Of a stretch of DNA of 64,000 nt, positions 35,290-48,780 are shown in pieces. Position 1 is the first letter of the stretch. The number at the start of each line of letters is the position of its first letter. A program made the translations under genes and the position numbers. This stretch comes from Octopus sinensis. Its lineage: Eukaryota. The DNA lies in contig NC_043009.1 in NCBI RefSeq assembly GCF_006345805.1, positions 7,998,001-8,062,000 on the forward strand, in the 5' to 3' direction. Below the pieces are notes generated by a model. That model saw nothing but the letters and a program-made list of their open reading frames with translations, was not told the DNA's origin and ran no database searches.

Positions 35290-37170
35290 TACCAAGTGTG
35301 CTGTTAATGTAGATGATAATGATGATAGTAGTAGTAGTAGTAGTTATTTCTAAGGTAGAGGGCCAGAAATTTCGCTTGGGGTGGTGGTGGTGCTTGGTTG
35401 ATTAAATCAGTCCCAGTACTTGACAGGTAGTTTATTTTATTGACCATAGATGAAAGAAAGAAGGGCAAAGTTGACTTGTGTAGGGACATAATGAATCAAA
35501 AGAAGTACCACAGGGCATTTTGTCCTTGGCTCTGATGATTCTGCCTACACACCATCCTGATGATTATATTGATGACAGTGATGACAATGATGAAAGTGGT
35601 GATGGTGTTGATGGTTGTTTTGATACAAGGCTAGCAGTTTGGGAGTATTAGATGATTAAATCAACCCTAGGACTTGCATGGTACTTTATCTTATCAATTA
35701 TGAAAGTACGAAAAGCAAAGATTTGTATTCACAGTAAGGGTTTCTTGCTTCATCTTAAAAGCACATACTTTGTACTGGTAGATAATTCACAAAATCAAAC
35801 CCTTAGTATATAATGGATAGTTTCATCAATCCTGTATTAACGAATAATAGGATCAACCCTTGTGAGATTTGGACTCAGTTGTTAGCAGGACATAAATAAA
35901 TTATTGTGAGATATCTATTGTGATGCACTACTGTTTTTATCACTCAATGTTTTTTCTGTTAAAAAATAATATTGATTTCTTACATTGGTACAAAGCCAGA
36001 TATTCATAAGAGAGAATAATTGAAGTTGAATGAGTTGACCTTGATATTTGACTGGTACTATCATTGTACACGCCATTGGCATGAGGCCAGACTTTTTTTA
36101 ATAAAAGTTGCGTATCCTGGTAGTGTGTCTCAGTGCCATGGGTATTCCAGTTTCTGTGAGTTTCTTGGTATATTGTGCGTATCTTAGTTTTAGATACACT
36201 GTATTCCTAATAGTTGTAAAATGTTGGTGACAAAGAAAACATCTGGCTATAGAACACTATCTCAGAAAACACATCTAACTTATGCAAGTATGGAAAAGCA
36301 AGCATAAAATGTAGTTGATTCCAGTACATAACTGGTATTATCACTCACAGTGCTATTGGCACAGGGCTGCTGGATAGGGTTACAAGTAACAGATTATGCA
36401 GGATGTAAAGGATTGTAATTAAACTCCACAAAGCATTTCATCTGATGCTCTATTGATTCTGCCATTCCACTACAGTTACCACATTAATAATGATAATCTT
36501 TCCTGCTGCAGGCACAAGACTTGAAATTTTAGGAGATTACACAGTAACTAGTACGTACTTCATGACCCCAAAAGCATGAAAGACAAAGTTGACCTTGACA
36601 GAATTTAAAACCTAGTCAGGAGGAATACTGAAAGCATTTTGTCTGGTGTGCTAACAATTCTGCCAACTCACTGACTTAATAATAATAATAATAATCCTTT
36701 CTACTATAGGCACAAGGCTTGGAATTTGGAGGAGGGGTAAGTTGATTACATCAACTCCAGTATGTAACTGGTGCTTATTTTTATCTACATAAAAAAATGA
36801 AAGGCAAAGTTGACCTTGGTGGAATTTGAACCCAGATCGTAAAGACATACGAAATACTGCTAAGCATTTTGCCCAGTGTGCTAATAATTCTGCCAGTTCA
36901 CCACCTTTAGTGAAAGTAATTATAATAATAACAATAATTTCTTGCATTCCTAATCCTACCACCCAGGTTAGAAATTTTGGATTGAGGGAACAGTGGATTA
37001 TATCAATGCAGTACGTGACTGGTACTTATTTTTTTTTCAACCACGGAAGGATGAAAGGTAAAGTTGACTTTGGTGGGGTTTGAACTCAGGAAGTAAAGAG
37101 CCAGAAGAAATACTGCTGGGCATTTTGTGTCTGATACTGTACCGATTCTGCCAACCCACTTCCTTCACTC
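35290..37170 (-). repeat. Loose cluster of SINE family B copies, all on the minus strand
   Basis: Repeated GGTACTTATTTT...GATGAAAGG(C/T)AAAGTTGAC...ATTTGAAC units at ~35290-35560, 36420-36660, 36670-36910 and 36960-37170. Confidence 0.75.
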
Positions 37171-37593
37171 TCCAGTAACAATGAAGATAATAACAATTTC
37201 TTAACCATGAAACGTGAGATTTTTACCATTTCAGCCAACTCACTGCTTCTCTGCTAATGATAATAATGCCTTTGACCTGACATAAACCAATTTTATAGGG
37301 GAGAGTAGCTTAGTCGATACTTCGTAGGGGAGACTACATAATCAATACAATCAATCACAATATACTACTATCACTTTATCTATTGACTTTTTGAAAGATA
37401 AAAAAGCCAAATCAAATTTCTGCAGTTTTTTTAGACTCAAAGCAATAAAGCATTGAACTTAATATAGCATAAAGCATCAAGTCTGGCATATGACCATGAT
37501 TCAGTCCTCTTTAGTATTGAAGTCACTGTCTCACAATGTTTTGGATTCTAAACATGCCAGCATTTTACCAAATATAACTAGTCCAACTATTAC

Positions 37594-38312
37594 CTTTTAC
37601 TTGTTTCAGTCATTGGACTGCAACCATGATGGGACACTGCCTTGAAGGGTTTAGTCCAGTGGCTTTCAACCAGTATCCATATGGTCCCTGAGGCTCCATA
37701 TAAAATTTTTGGGAGCCCATGTAGCAAAATAGTGAATTGAGGATACACAATAGTATTCTAAGGGCTGCTGAAAACATTTTACTTCAGATGTATGTATTGG
37801 TATTTATTGCAAGAAACTGCTAGGTTTCCTTCTCTGGCATTTTACTAAGGTCAACCTACACAAGTGAATGTGTGAAAAACCAAAATAGGAATTTTGAAGT
37901 TTCTATAAAACTTGTTTTTAACATTGGTTATAGGGATCCACCAGAATAAAATAGTAATCAAAGGGATCCATAGATTAAAAAAATAAAAAGGGAGAGCCTC
38001 AGGTTTAGTCAAATAAATTGACCCCCAATATTTTTAAAGTCTGGTACTTATTCCAGCAGTCACTTTTACTAAACTGCTAAGTTATGAGGATGTAAACAAA
38101 CCAATGCTTGCTATCAAGAAGTGGGGGAACATACACATTTATATAGATGAGCTTCGTCACAGTTTCTCTTTTCTAAATTCACTCACAAAGTATTGATTGG
38201 CTTGGGACTATAATAGAAGACACTTGCTCCAAGTGCTGTGCAGTGGAACTGAACCTGAAACTACTTGTTTGCAAATCAAGCTTCTTAACCACATAGCCAT
38301 GCCTGTACATAT
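37594..38312 (-). mobile_element. SINE family A interrupted by a hAT MITE
   Basis: Module A sequence breaks at 37656 and resumes at 38003. Confidence 0.8.
37657..38002. mobile_element. hAT (Charlie-like) MITE with 8-bp TSD
   Basis: Starts CAGTGGCTTTCAACC. Perfect GTTTAGTC at 37649-37656 and 38003-38010. Confidence 0.9.
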
Positions 38313-38856
38313 AAGCAAGCACTATTAACCATCATCAATAGGATTTGAACCAATGCAGGGAATCCATCGCCTTAACCACTTTACCACAATGACTCCCAAT
38401 TAATGCAAGTCTCCCACGTGACAGGCAGGATATTTTTTTAAAATATATTTTTATGGAATATCTATTTTATGCTCTACACAGCATAAATCAGAAAACTGAA
38501 ATTAATTTAAACATTATAAAGCCTCGCTGAATGTGAGATAAGAATGTAAACAGTTTTTCTATGATATTGATGTATGGGGGAAAAGAGTGAGTCTCAAATG
38601 CCTCGTTTCACACTCTGTTGATCACTCCTCGGAGATGTTCTCATCTTCTTCCACCAATCAATAACATAGATCAGCTGTTGTTATATCAAGCAGTCTTAAA
38701 TTTGGCTAGCATTGTAGTAGATAACTTAATTTACATATTTATGCTTTTGATGGCTGATCATTAAATAAACAAAAAATATTTCTCTCTGTCACACACAAAC
38801 CATTCATCATCTGACACAAAACCACCTCCTCAAATGCTCCCTCTCCCCTCAAACAT

Positions 38857-39685
38857 TTGCAAAGTTACTTGGTGACCCTGCCAGGACAGGTGCCACTTAA
38901 AAGGCATCTAGTCCACACTGTAAAGTCATTGGTATTTGGAAGGGCATCCAGCTGTAAAAACCATGCCAAAACATACTATATCTTCCCCCACTGGCTTTTT
39001 CAGTTACCTTTCCCCACCACCACAAGCCACTTTCATTTCCCCATTGTCTTCCCCTGTCTCCATCAGTCACCTCCTTTCTATGTCCCCCCCCTCTTTTGTA
39101 CTGTTCTCCATCATTGATATCTTGCTTACCTGCTATCACCCTCATTGCCCTCACATATCTACCACAACCCCTGCCTCCTTGAGTTTCTCCTATATTTCTC
39201 TCCATAATTGGCTACGGTCACCTCAATCCTCCCTGTTCACCCAGTCCAAACTTCTATATCACCTCACTTATTCTCCACTCTCAATTTCTCGACACATCTT
39301 TGCCAGCATCTCTGTCACTATTGCTCTCTTTATCTTACTCTCTAACTCACTCTCCTTTCTTTTCCAACTGGGGTATCCATGTATATACTGTCCTTCTATA
39401 CCTTTGATCTCCCAATTAACACACCCTTCAGTAATACTCCTCCCTCCCAGTTGAGGGTTTTTTGTCTTGTAAGGTACTTGATGACCTTGTTGGTGCCAGT
39501 GTCTTGTAACAGTCACTGGTGGTGGCGCCACATACACTGTACCCCATACACTCTGTAAAGTGATTAGCATTAGGAAGGACATCCAACTGTAAAAAACATG
39601 ACCAAAACAGACCATGGAATCTGGTGTGACTTCCAACCTTGCCAGCAACAAAAATGGATGTTATATGATGATGATGATGATGGTT
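38857..39685 (+). mobile_element. Compound family D region with a pyrimidine-rich leader
   Basis: Two GGAAGG(G/A)CATCC cores separated by ~500 bp of CT-rich sequence. A similar layout occurs at ~1200-1850. Confidence 0.6.
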
Positions 39686-39744
39686 TTGCTTAACCCAAGG
39701 CTATTGTAGAAGGCACTTGATCTAGGTGATCTGCAGCAGTATCA

Positions 39745-40098
39745 GACCTAAGGGTAAAAGGGTAAAGATCCTCTTTGGTCATGAATGACCATGGGATTGC
39801 ACCTAGAAAGTTTCCCTCCAAGGCACAAGTCTGGGCAGAGTTATTTATGGAAGATTAGTAGTCACCCATGCATACCAGCCTCCTCTCTCCATGCCACCGA
39901 TGTTGTCCAAGAGAAAACCTAAAGCTGATACAGCTTGGCACCAGTGATATCACAACTCATTTCTACAGCTGAGTGAATTGGACCAACGTGAAATAGTGTC
40001 TTGCTCAAGATCACAACATACAGCCCAGTCCAGGAATCGAGCTCACTAACTCATGATTGTGAGCCCAACACTCTAATCACTGAACCATGTGCCTTCAC
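39745..40098 (-). mobile_element. tRNA-headed SINE, family C-type head with a different 3' body
   Basis: Minus strand GTGAAGGCACATGGTTCAGTG...GAGCTCGATTCC, CORE-like TCTTGAGCAAGACAC, and (TTTACCC) repeat tail. Confidence 0.8.
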
Positions 40099-43019
40099 TA
40101 TGTGACTGCAAAATGAATTCTTAATCACAGAGACATGACCGTTCCCTACACACCATTGTTATCCAGTACATTAATACAGTATGATTACTCAAACCTTTTG
40201 AAGACCAAAATTACGTATCATTCTGTCTACCATATCAAACAGCCGCAGTTCTTTGTGTTTTGTTTTTATTTTCTTTCTTTGAATTTTATTTCAACAAATT
40301 TCCTGAAAAACACAAAATTAAACAGTATTTAATTTGTGGCACTATCATCATCGCTGATAACATTGTCATCAACAACATCATCATCATCACCAACCATAAT
40401 CATCATTGTAACGAACAGTGATAATATCTCATTGTCGTCATCATTCTTAACATCATTATCGCCATTGTCATCATTGATAACATCCTCATTAATATCATCA
40501 ACATCCTTATCATTATCATTACAAACTCGCACAGACAATTATCCTAACTTCAGTCATCTTTTCTCAGATTTCCTTTTTATTTATTATTTTTTTTTTGGTA
40601 GTGCCTTTTCTTCAGTTCTTCCCTGTCTAACCTCATCTTTGAATTCTCGTTGCGTGAGTTTATTTGTGTCTGTATTTTTGTTTAAATGTATTCATGTATG
40701 TATCTACATGTATCTATGTATGTGTCCTTGTAGTTCTATTTAAATATATTCATACTTACATGCAAACACACATCATTGTGTATATAATAGACATACATTA
40801 TGTATGTATATGTACATACATATATACATGTGTATGTGTGTGCAAGTGTGTATATCTTTGTGTGTGGATGTATGTGCTTTATATATATATATATGTATGT
40901 ATATATGTATGTATGTATATATGTATGTATGTATATATGTATGTATGTATATATGTATGTATGTATGTATGTATATATATAATTGCAAAGGGGGAAAAAT
41001 GCCAAATCCTTAGTTCCAGTCAACATGGCTTCAGTTTGCATGCTTGATTTGTTAACTGTTTTTTATATATTTTTTTATTATCAATAATTCAACTGACCCT
41101 CTTGACTATTTGGCTTAATATTTCTGCCTAACTTGTAGGCAGTTTTTCCCTTTTTTTTTTTTACATTTCCTTCTTTTTTTTTACATTTCCTTTTTTTTTA
41201 CTTTCCTTTGTATCACACATCATATATTTCAGTGTTTCATTCAGGATGTGAACACAGTCTATCTTCTTTCTCTCTCTCTCTCTCCTTTCTCTCTCTCCTC
41301 TTTCTCTCTCATACGCACACACACACAACCCTATACCACAAATAGTAAAATGATAGACAAGTTGGAAAAATAACTATTGAGATTTAAGAACATTGGTATG
41401 GATACATAATTGTATGCATATAAGATATTCATTATAACATTACACATGTGTACGTTTTCTGTGTGGAAATTTTTCTTCATATATATATATGTATGTGTGT
41501 ATGTATGTATGATGTAAGTTTGTATGTATGTGAGGTGAGCTAGAAATAAATGCCACTAAGCAAATCCTCCGAGGGTGTCTCTCACTCTCTCTCCCTCATT
41601 CGTTCTCTCTCTCTCTCTCTCTCTCCCTCATTCGTTTCTCTCTCTCTCTCTCTCTCTCATTTCCCTCTCAAGATGGCCCCTTCATAATCAGTGCTTGTCT
41701 GCTTCACATAACATCTTCTACATCGTAGTCTGCAATCTATGTTAATATTTGATAATGTCTGTGACCTTGCCAAGTAATGGAGCGTCATCGCACTGCCAAT
41801 CTCTGCTCAGTGGCACATACATTACTTTGTACATGATCAAAGCTTCTCTGCTTAGATTGCTATAAAACATTTTATAGTCACTCTCTTCAATGCATATATT
41901 CAATTGATTGGTTCTGAAGAGGCAGCAAGCAATCACACAAACAATGTCGCAAATCAGATAAACTATCAGAAAAAGAAAGGAAAACATGGGTGTGGGTATT
42001 GCTGTGTGGTTAAGAAGTTTATTTCACCGCCTTGTGATTGCAGATTTGATTACACTGTGTGGCATCTTGGGAAGGTATCTTTTACTACATCCTTGGGATG
42101 ACCATATATCATGAGTGGAATTTGGTGGAAAGCAACAGTGAGGGATCTCATTATATCTATCTATCTATCTTTCCATTCACCCATTCATAGATGTATGTGT
42201 ATCTATGTTTTTGTTTGTGTTTATTGGTGTAATCTGGTGGTGTTATGTAGAAAAATGGTAAACCTGGTACACCCTGCAAAGTGGTTGGCATTAGGAAGGG
42301 CATCAAGCTGTAGAAACTATGCCAAAATCGACATTGGAGCAAGACAATCTGCTGACCTGTTGGATCCTATCAAACTATCAAACCCGTGCCAGCATGGAAT
42401 ACAGACGCTAAATGATGATAATGATAAATGAGATCATTAAAATAGATGAAATAGGATTAGAAGTGCTAAGCAGTAATGTGTACAAATATAAACTTGTTGG
42501 GCTCAATATGTGTCAAACATATCTGAACTGGTTTCAGGTTCATGGTGAAATAAGTATAGTATAACTGAAATTCTTCAAGGCAGAGTTGCAGCATAGCCAC
42601 AATACAATGACTTAAAAAGAAAAGTATATTATATATATATCAAAATGTGACCGTATGTGTACCGTTGGCGATTGTTTTCTCCTCCATCTTCCCTTGTTTA
42701 GATCTTTCCTTTTCCTATGTTTCTGACAAACCCTCCTTCTTTCCTGAGAATACTATACTTGTTCCACGTCCTCGCGTTGTTGTGTTTTCTTCTTTGTGTT
42801 TTCATATTTGGATTAATTATATATATATATCATCATCATCATCATCATTTAATTGAGATAGGGGTTGTAAATGCAACCCTCCATGGGATAACATATATCC
42901 AATATACTGCTAGTGAAGTACCCAACAAAGTTAATACATAAATGTTAAGGATTGCGATGCAATCAATTCATTTACTGTATTATATGGGCAAAGGTAAAAT
43001 GATTTACCACAAATTACTA

Positions 43020-43336
43020 ATACAAGATAAGAAAATGAAGAAATACATCTAAATCCAATATCAATTACCAGATAATACTCAATCACATACTTTATTAAAC
43101 CACCACATAAGAGACTGTAGGGTTAAACATAAAAAAGCAGAACAAAACAGTGTACATAAAGGAATTACTCTTTTATGTACACTTTTTTTATGTACATTCC
43201 TTTATGTACACTGTTTTGTTCTGCTTTTTTATGTTTAACCCTACAGTCTCTCATGTGGTGGTTTAATAAAGTATGTGATTGAGTATTATCTGGTAATTGA
43301 TATTTGATTTAGATGTATTTCTCCATTTTCTTATCT

Positions 43337-43341
<5 letters not shown>
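43020..43341. repeat. 146-bp near-perfect inverted repeat (fold-back element)
   Basis: 43020-43165 versus 43196-43341: 3 mismatches, 30-nt spacer. Confidence 0.95.
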
Positions 43342-43429
<88 letters not shown>

Positions 43430-43449
43430 CACACACACACACACACACA

Positions 43450-44330
43450 TGATGTATCAAAAGGCTCCCAAACTAGTTATGCTTAACAAAAAATTATTTA
43501 TTTACCTAAGTTTTAACGTTCTCTTCTTCAAAATAGTCACCTTGAACAGCAATCCACTGGTGCCAACATTTCTGTTAATTTTGGAATCCAGGCTGGAAGT
43601 CATTTTCCATAAGCAAGTTGAGGACCTTCTGCAGTTTGCCCTTGGGTTTGACAATGGTGTTAAAACGGCAACCTTTGAGCTGCATTTTCATCTTGGGGAA
43701 AGAGATGGAAGCCTGCAGGTGCTAAATCTAGCAAATAGTGTGGGTGTGGAAGCAATACCATGTTGTTTTTGTTGAAAAACTCACAAATGAGGAGAGCTCA
43801 GTGACAGGGTACATTGTTGTCGTGAAGAATCCAATTCCATCGGGCTTCACAGATTCAGTCACTTTCGCTGAATGTCCTCCCTTGGATGTTTCAAAATATC
43901 ACAGTACAACTCCCAATTGACAGTCTGGCCCTGGGGGACGAAATTCTCAGTGCACAATACTATGTTTCTGGGGGTGACGTTCATGACAGGTCTTCCAGAT
44001 CACTCATTATCTTCTGGGGATGCTCTTTCACTTTTGAAGTGTCTGTGCCACTTGAAACATTGTCTACGACCAACTGTCTCATCACCATAATCTTGCCGAA
44101 GCATGCTCAATGTCTCAGTAGCAGACTTCCCAAGTTTAACGCAAAATTTCATGTTGGCTCTTTGTTCCTCTCCATAACAAAATTGCTGACTACAGCATTT
44201 GCATATTCACAAAAGCACAAATTTAACAGCTTGCAAAGTAAACTCAACAATATCACTCGGCACACTAGTCTCATGCTGCCATCTGTTGGCACACTACAGA
44301 AATAGTGCAAGAACGTTTTGATGCCACCAA
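43450..44330 (-). pseudogene. Internally deleted mariner transposon
   Basis: Minus strand EEQRANMKFCVKLGKSATETLSMLRQDYGDETVGRRQCFKWHRHFK..SGRP, then a jump to FVPQGQTVN, WILHDNNVPCH, HPHYLLDLAPAGF, KMKMQLKGCRF and QGDYFE. Stops and frameshifts; weak TIR similarity at the ends. Confidence 0.92.
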
Positions 44331-44331
44331 A

Positions 44332-44371
<40 letters not shown>

Positions 44372-44381
44372 TTATTTATAA

Positions 44382-44963
44382 GGTGTGGCTGTGTGGTAAG
44401 AAGTTTGCTTCCCAACCTCGTGGCTCCGGGTTCAGTCCCACTGTATGGTACCTTGGGCAAGTGTCTTCTACTATAGCTCCAGGCTAACCAAAGCCTTGAG
44501 TGGATTTGATTGACGGAAACTGAAAGAAGCCCATCGTATATATATATATATATTTTTATTTATAAGGTGTGGCTGTGTGGTAAGAAGTTTGCTTCCCAAC
44601 CTCGTGGCTCCGGGTTCAGTCCCACTGTGTGGTACCTTGGGCAAGTGTCTTCTACTATAGCTTCTGGCTAACCAAAGCCTTGAGTGGATTTGATCGACGG
44701 AAACTGAAAGAAGCCCACCGTATATATATATATATATGTGTGTGTGTATGTATGTACCTATATATGTCTGTCTGTCTCCTACTATCACTTGACAACTGAT
44801 GTTGGTGTGTTTACATCCCCATAACTTAGTAATTTGGCAAAAGAGACCAATACAATAAGTAGTAGGCTTACAAATAATAAGTCCTGGGGTTGATTCTTTT
44901 GACTAAAGGCAGTCCTCCAGCTTAGCTGCAATCAAATGACTGAAACAAGTAAAAGAATAAAAG
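44382..44963 (+). mobile_element. SINE family A with tandemly duplicated head (184-bp period)
   Basis: 44382-44536 is nearly identical to 44566-44720, and both share the same private variants. Confidence 0.9.
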
Positions 44964-45164
44964 AACATATATATATATATAATATATATATATATATGTA
45001 TATATCAACTTCATAAATTAATGCTTACTTCTGATCTTGTGTATATCCTTCAAAGAATCTATAGGTACAATTTCACATAAGAACAGGAGAATCATAGAAA
45101 TTGCACTTAATAGTTAGGTAAGTTCAATACTAATATACAATAATGCACAGAAATATTATATATA

Positions 45165-45442
45165 TGGCACTGTCCGAATCGTGGCCGATGCCGGAGCCGC
45201 CTCGACTGGCACCAATCCGACCGTGGCCGTTGCCAGCCTCGCCTGGCACCTGTGCAGGTGGCATGTAAAAAGCACCCACTACACTCTCGGAGTGGTTGGC
45301 GTTAGGAAGGGCATCCAGCTGTAGAAACATTGCCAGATAAGACTGGAGTCTGGTGCAGCCTTCTGGCTTCCCAGATCCCCGGTCGAACCGTCCAACCCAT
45401 GCTGGCATGGAGAACGGACGTTAAACGATGATGATGATGATG
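45165..45442 (+). mobile_element. Young family D element
   Basis: CpG-rich; ends CCCATGCTGGCATGGAGAACGGACGTTAAACGATGATGATG. Confidence 0.9.
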
Positions 45443-45461
45443 GTGTTATATAATAGATTCA

Positions 45462-45870
45462 GGCATTGATGTGTGGTATGAAGTTTGCTTCCCAGCCACA
45501 TGGTTTCAGGATCAGTCCCACTGCATGGCACCTAGGACAAGTGTCATCTGTTATAGCCCTAAGTTGACCAAACCCTTGTGAGTGGATTTCATTGACAGAA
45601 ACAGAGAAGCCTGTCGTGTGTGTGTGTGTGTGTTTGTGTGTGGATGTGTCCCTGTCTTGACAGTGTGTGATAGTTGTAAATGAGTGTCACTGTCATGCAA
45701 GCAGTGTCCTTCATCTCCAGTCTTCCATGAAGACATGTCTTAGCATGGGGGAAATGTTACCTTACTTGGAAACAGGTGAGGGTTGGCAACAGGATGGGCA
45801 TCAAGCCATAGAAAATCTGCCTCAACAAATTCTTCATAGAAAAGTGATCATTAAAACAATGATGATGATG
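45462..45870 (+). mobile_element. SINE family A head + (TG)n + module B
   Basis: Same layout as 6636-6987. Confidence 0.8.
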
Positions 45871-46334
45871 TTCTTGTTTAACCCCAGGTCATTTCTAACT
45901 GTGCACTCTCTGGCTGCCTTTGTTTCTCTGTGTTTTCTTCTTTTCTTCTAGTTATGACCATCACATCTTTATTTAGCCATTGAATATTTGTGGGCATTTT
46001 TATCCTCAGATGTCTATCTGTTTCTGACACATTAGGTTGTAATCTGAGGGGATTTGGCTGCTCTTACTATTAATTTATTTTTACACTAAAAGAGGGAGGA
46101 TTGACTATTATGTGGAAGTTCTCTTGTTTCATAAAACATATCCTGTAAAATCTATATATTTTCATACAATAAAAAATAAACTATTTGATAGTTTAATGAA
46201 AAAAATACAAAACATGAAGTTAATAATCTAATTAAATTTTTAATTTTCAATAATTAATTTAAGGAATCTATAAATTGCTATAAATCTATAAATTAGTTGC
46301 GGCAATAAATAGCGCAGACAATATTATATCCCTC

Positions 46335-46460
46335 CCTCACATGCCCTCTTCCTCCCTCACATGCCCTCTCCCTCCTCCTCATGCCCTCTCCCTCCTCCTC
46401 ATGCCCTCTCCCTCCCTCTCATGCCCTCTCCCTCCCTCTCATGCCCTCTGCCTCCTCTTC
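46335..46460. repeat. 20-bp minisatellite CCCTCCCTCACATGCCCTCT, about 6 copies
   Basis: Direct tandem units with stepwise variants. Confidence 0.95.
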
Positions 46461-48419
46461 CATTCTCTTGTTAGTGAAACAATAGCCATGCCAAAGCAAA
46501 ACTAAGTTGAATAAGATTAAGAAGGTACACTCATTTGATCCTTAGTGCTTGTTATTGTTTATCCTCTATCAGCTCTGACCAAGCAGGCTTATTCTAGATG
46601 TGATCATTCCATCTTTTATTCAAACAATATATCTAAAATTATCTATGTTATTCTACATTATTTATTGTATCATTTCTTTTGTTGGAAAGTAGAGTTTGAT
46701 TTGGGATAGATTAGGTTGTTATTTCTAGTAAGTAACTGCATAGAGGCTCCTTCATTGCCTTATCTTGCCAGTTGTATTGGTTATCTGCAGCATTGCAAGT
46801 TCTTGATCACTAAGACATTACTGCACCGTTCTTTGCTTATAATATTTCTCAAGAGCACAACTGCTGAAGAGAAGCTATCAGTGGAAGATGTTTAACAACC
46901 ATTCCAAGTTTCATGTCTGTAGAAAAAAACAAAAACTGTCATTTAGCAATCATCAAATGGATTTGAAAATTAAGAACCATCATTTTAAATCCATCTTATG
47001 ATTGCTAGGATTAACACTACAGGAGCCTGTACTGTAAACTATTACATAATTATCTTCTTCAGACATTGGTCTGTGACTGGTTATTCTCTCATCGGACACT
47101 AATATATTCCAGTTAGTTTTCTCGTGATTGGTACCAGTATGAGGAATTTTTCTGGCTGACAACTTTCAGTTCTTGCTTCTACAATTCATTGATCTCTTAA
47201 TTTGAATTAAGACAACATATCTGGAGCCTGGAGCTTATCAATTATATTCAGACTGGTACTTCACTTGTTTGTACTCTATTGACCCTGGGTGAATGAAAGG
47301 TACAAAGTTGACCTCAGCTGGATTTGAACTTAGAATCTAAAAGGCTATGATTATATAGTTCAAAGCTTTTTGTTGGGTACTCTTAACATATCTGTTTAGC
47401 TACTTTGTCGTACAACAGGCAAGAAACAAATAATACAAGCCAGTAAGGGTGCCTCTGCATAGTTACTCAACCTGCTAGAAGTAGCAGCTAAAACAGTATT
47501 AAACCAAATTCTGCCACCTTTAAAAAGGACACACTGGATAATGTTGACCAATGTTCATTATTCTTGTCTAAAAAGTGGAATGGTCATCGCTTAAAACATT
47601 ACCATTTTTAGAAGACATACATGGGTTAATGTAGTCCATGTATAAAGTGGGAGGAATCAACATGTGAATTTCTGCACTTCTTTGACTTGCTAGAAATTTC
47701 TCACTGCTGAGTTTAACTCCTATGAGAATAGTTTTAGAGATTCACGGTTTCTGGTAAGCCAAGTTACCATAGTTATAGAGTACATAAGGTTAAAGTATTA
47801 ATTGATGCCCAAATAACTCTACAAATAACAGGAATCATCCGTAACATTTTTACCACTTCTTTTGTCTGCATTTCCTCTCAAGAGGGCATCTATGTGGTCT
47901 CCTATGTTGCTAAAAATAACAACTAATTATCCTTCAAATTTCACTGTGCTAAAAGGTAAGACAAGAAGACGCACAGTTATCTATGAGTTTGGAGTGTTTG
48001 TTGTTTAGCCCAAGGTGAGTCATAAACAAACAGTCCTATCATCAAATCATTCCAGTCATGACTATCCCAACTTATTTTCAGACAAAATGTATCTAAGGCT
48101 ACAATATCTAATGTCTCATTCTTTTTTTTTGAGATTGAAGGTTATGATCTGTAGCTGTTATTCCTTGTAGGTTAAAAGACTTTATAGGATTCTAGCAGGT
48201 GTGAGTGTCTATGCAACTGTTGCACTGTCACTATATGTCAAATATATGTTCATATAAGGTAGCATCCCAGCATTGTTGATATTAAATTTATTATGGATGT
48301 GATTGTTATTGTTTAACATTTAGTCAAATCAAATTGCATTCCATTCACGACTATCTCATCTTGGCATCATATATCTAAAACTATGATATATTCTTAAAGA
48401 TCATCTTTTATTAAGTTTT

Positions 48420-48780
48420 GGGATTTAATGTTTTGCGGCATTTTGTCTGTCCTTAGGTTCTGAGTTTAAATTCCACCAAGAATGACTTTGCCTTTCATTT
48501 TTCAAGGTCAATGGAATAAGTTCCAGTTAAACACTGGGGTCGATGTAATTGGTTATCCCCTGTCCCCCAAAGTTTCAGGCCTTGTGCCTATAGTAGTTGG
48601 ATGGGACTTGAGGGAAATTGCTGCCATATCTAGCTGTTATGGCAGCAACAAATTGGCAATTAGATAGAATGGCTGTATTGTGGTATTCATTTTGGCTGTG
48701 TGTTTTGAGTTCAAACTTGCTGGGATTAACTTTGCCTTTCATCCTTTCAAGGGTTGATAAAGTACCATTTCAGTGAGGTG
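48420..48780 (+). mobile_element. Two SINE family B copies
   Basis: GACTTTGCCTTTCAT central domain at ~48484 and ~48728. Confidence 0.75.

Noticed and set aside
43449-44305. Plus-strand ORFs of 108 and 139 aa
   Set aside because: Antisense frames of the dead mariner transposase.
46335-46460. Regular 20-bp repeats, superficially CRISPR-like
   Set aside because: No unique spacers and a eukaryotic context; it is a minisatellite.
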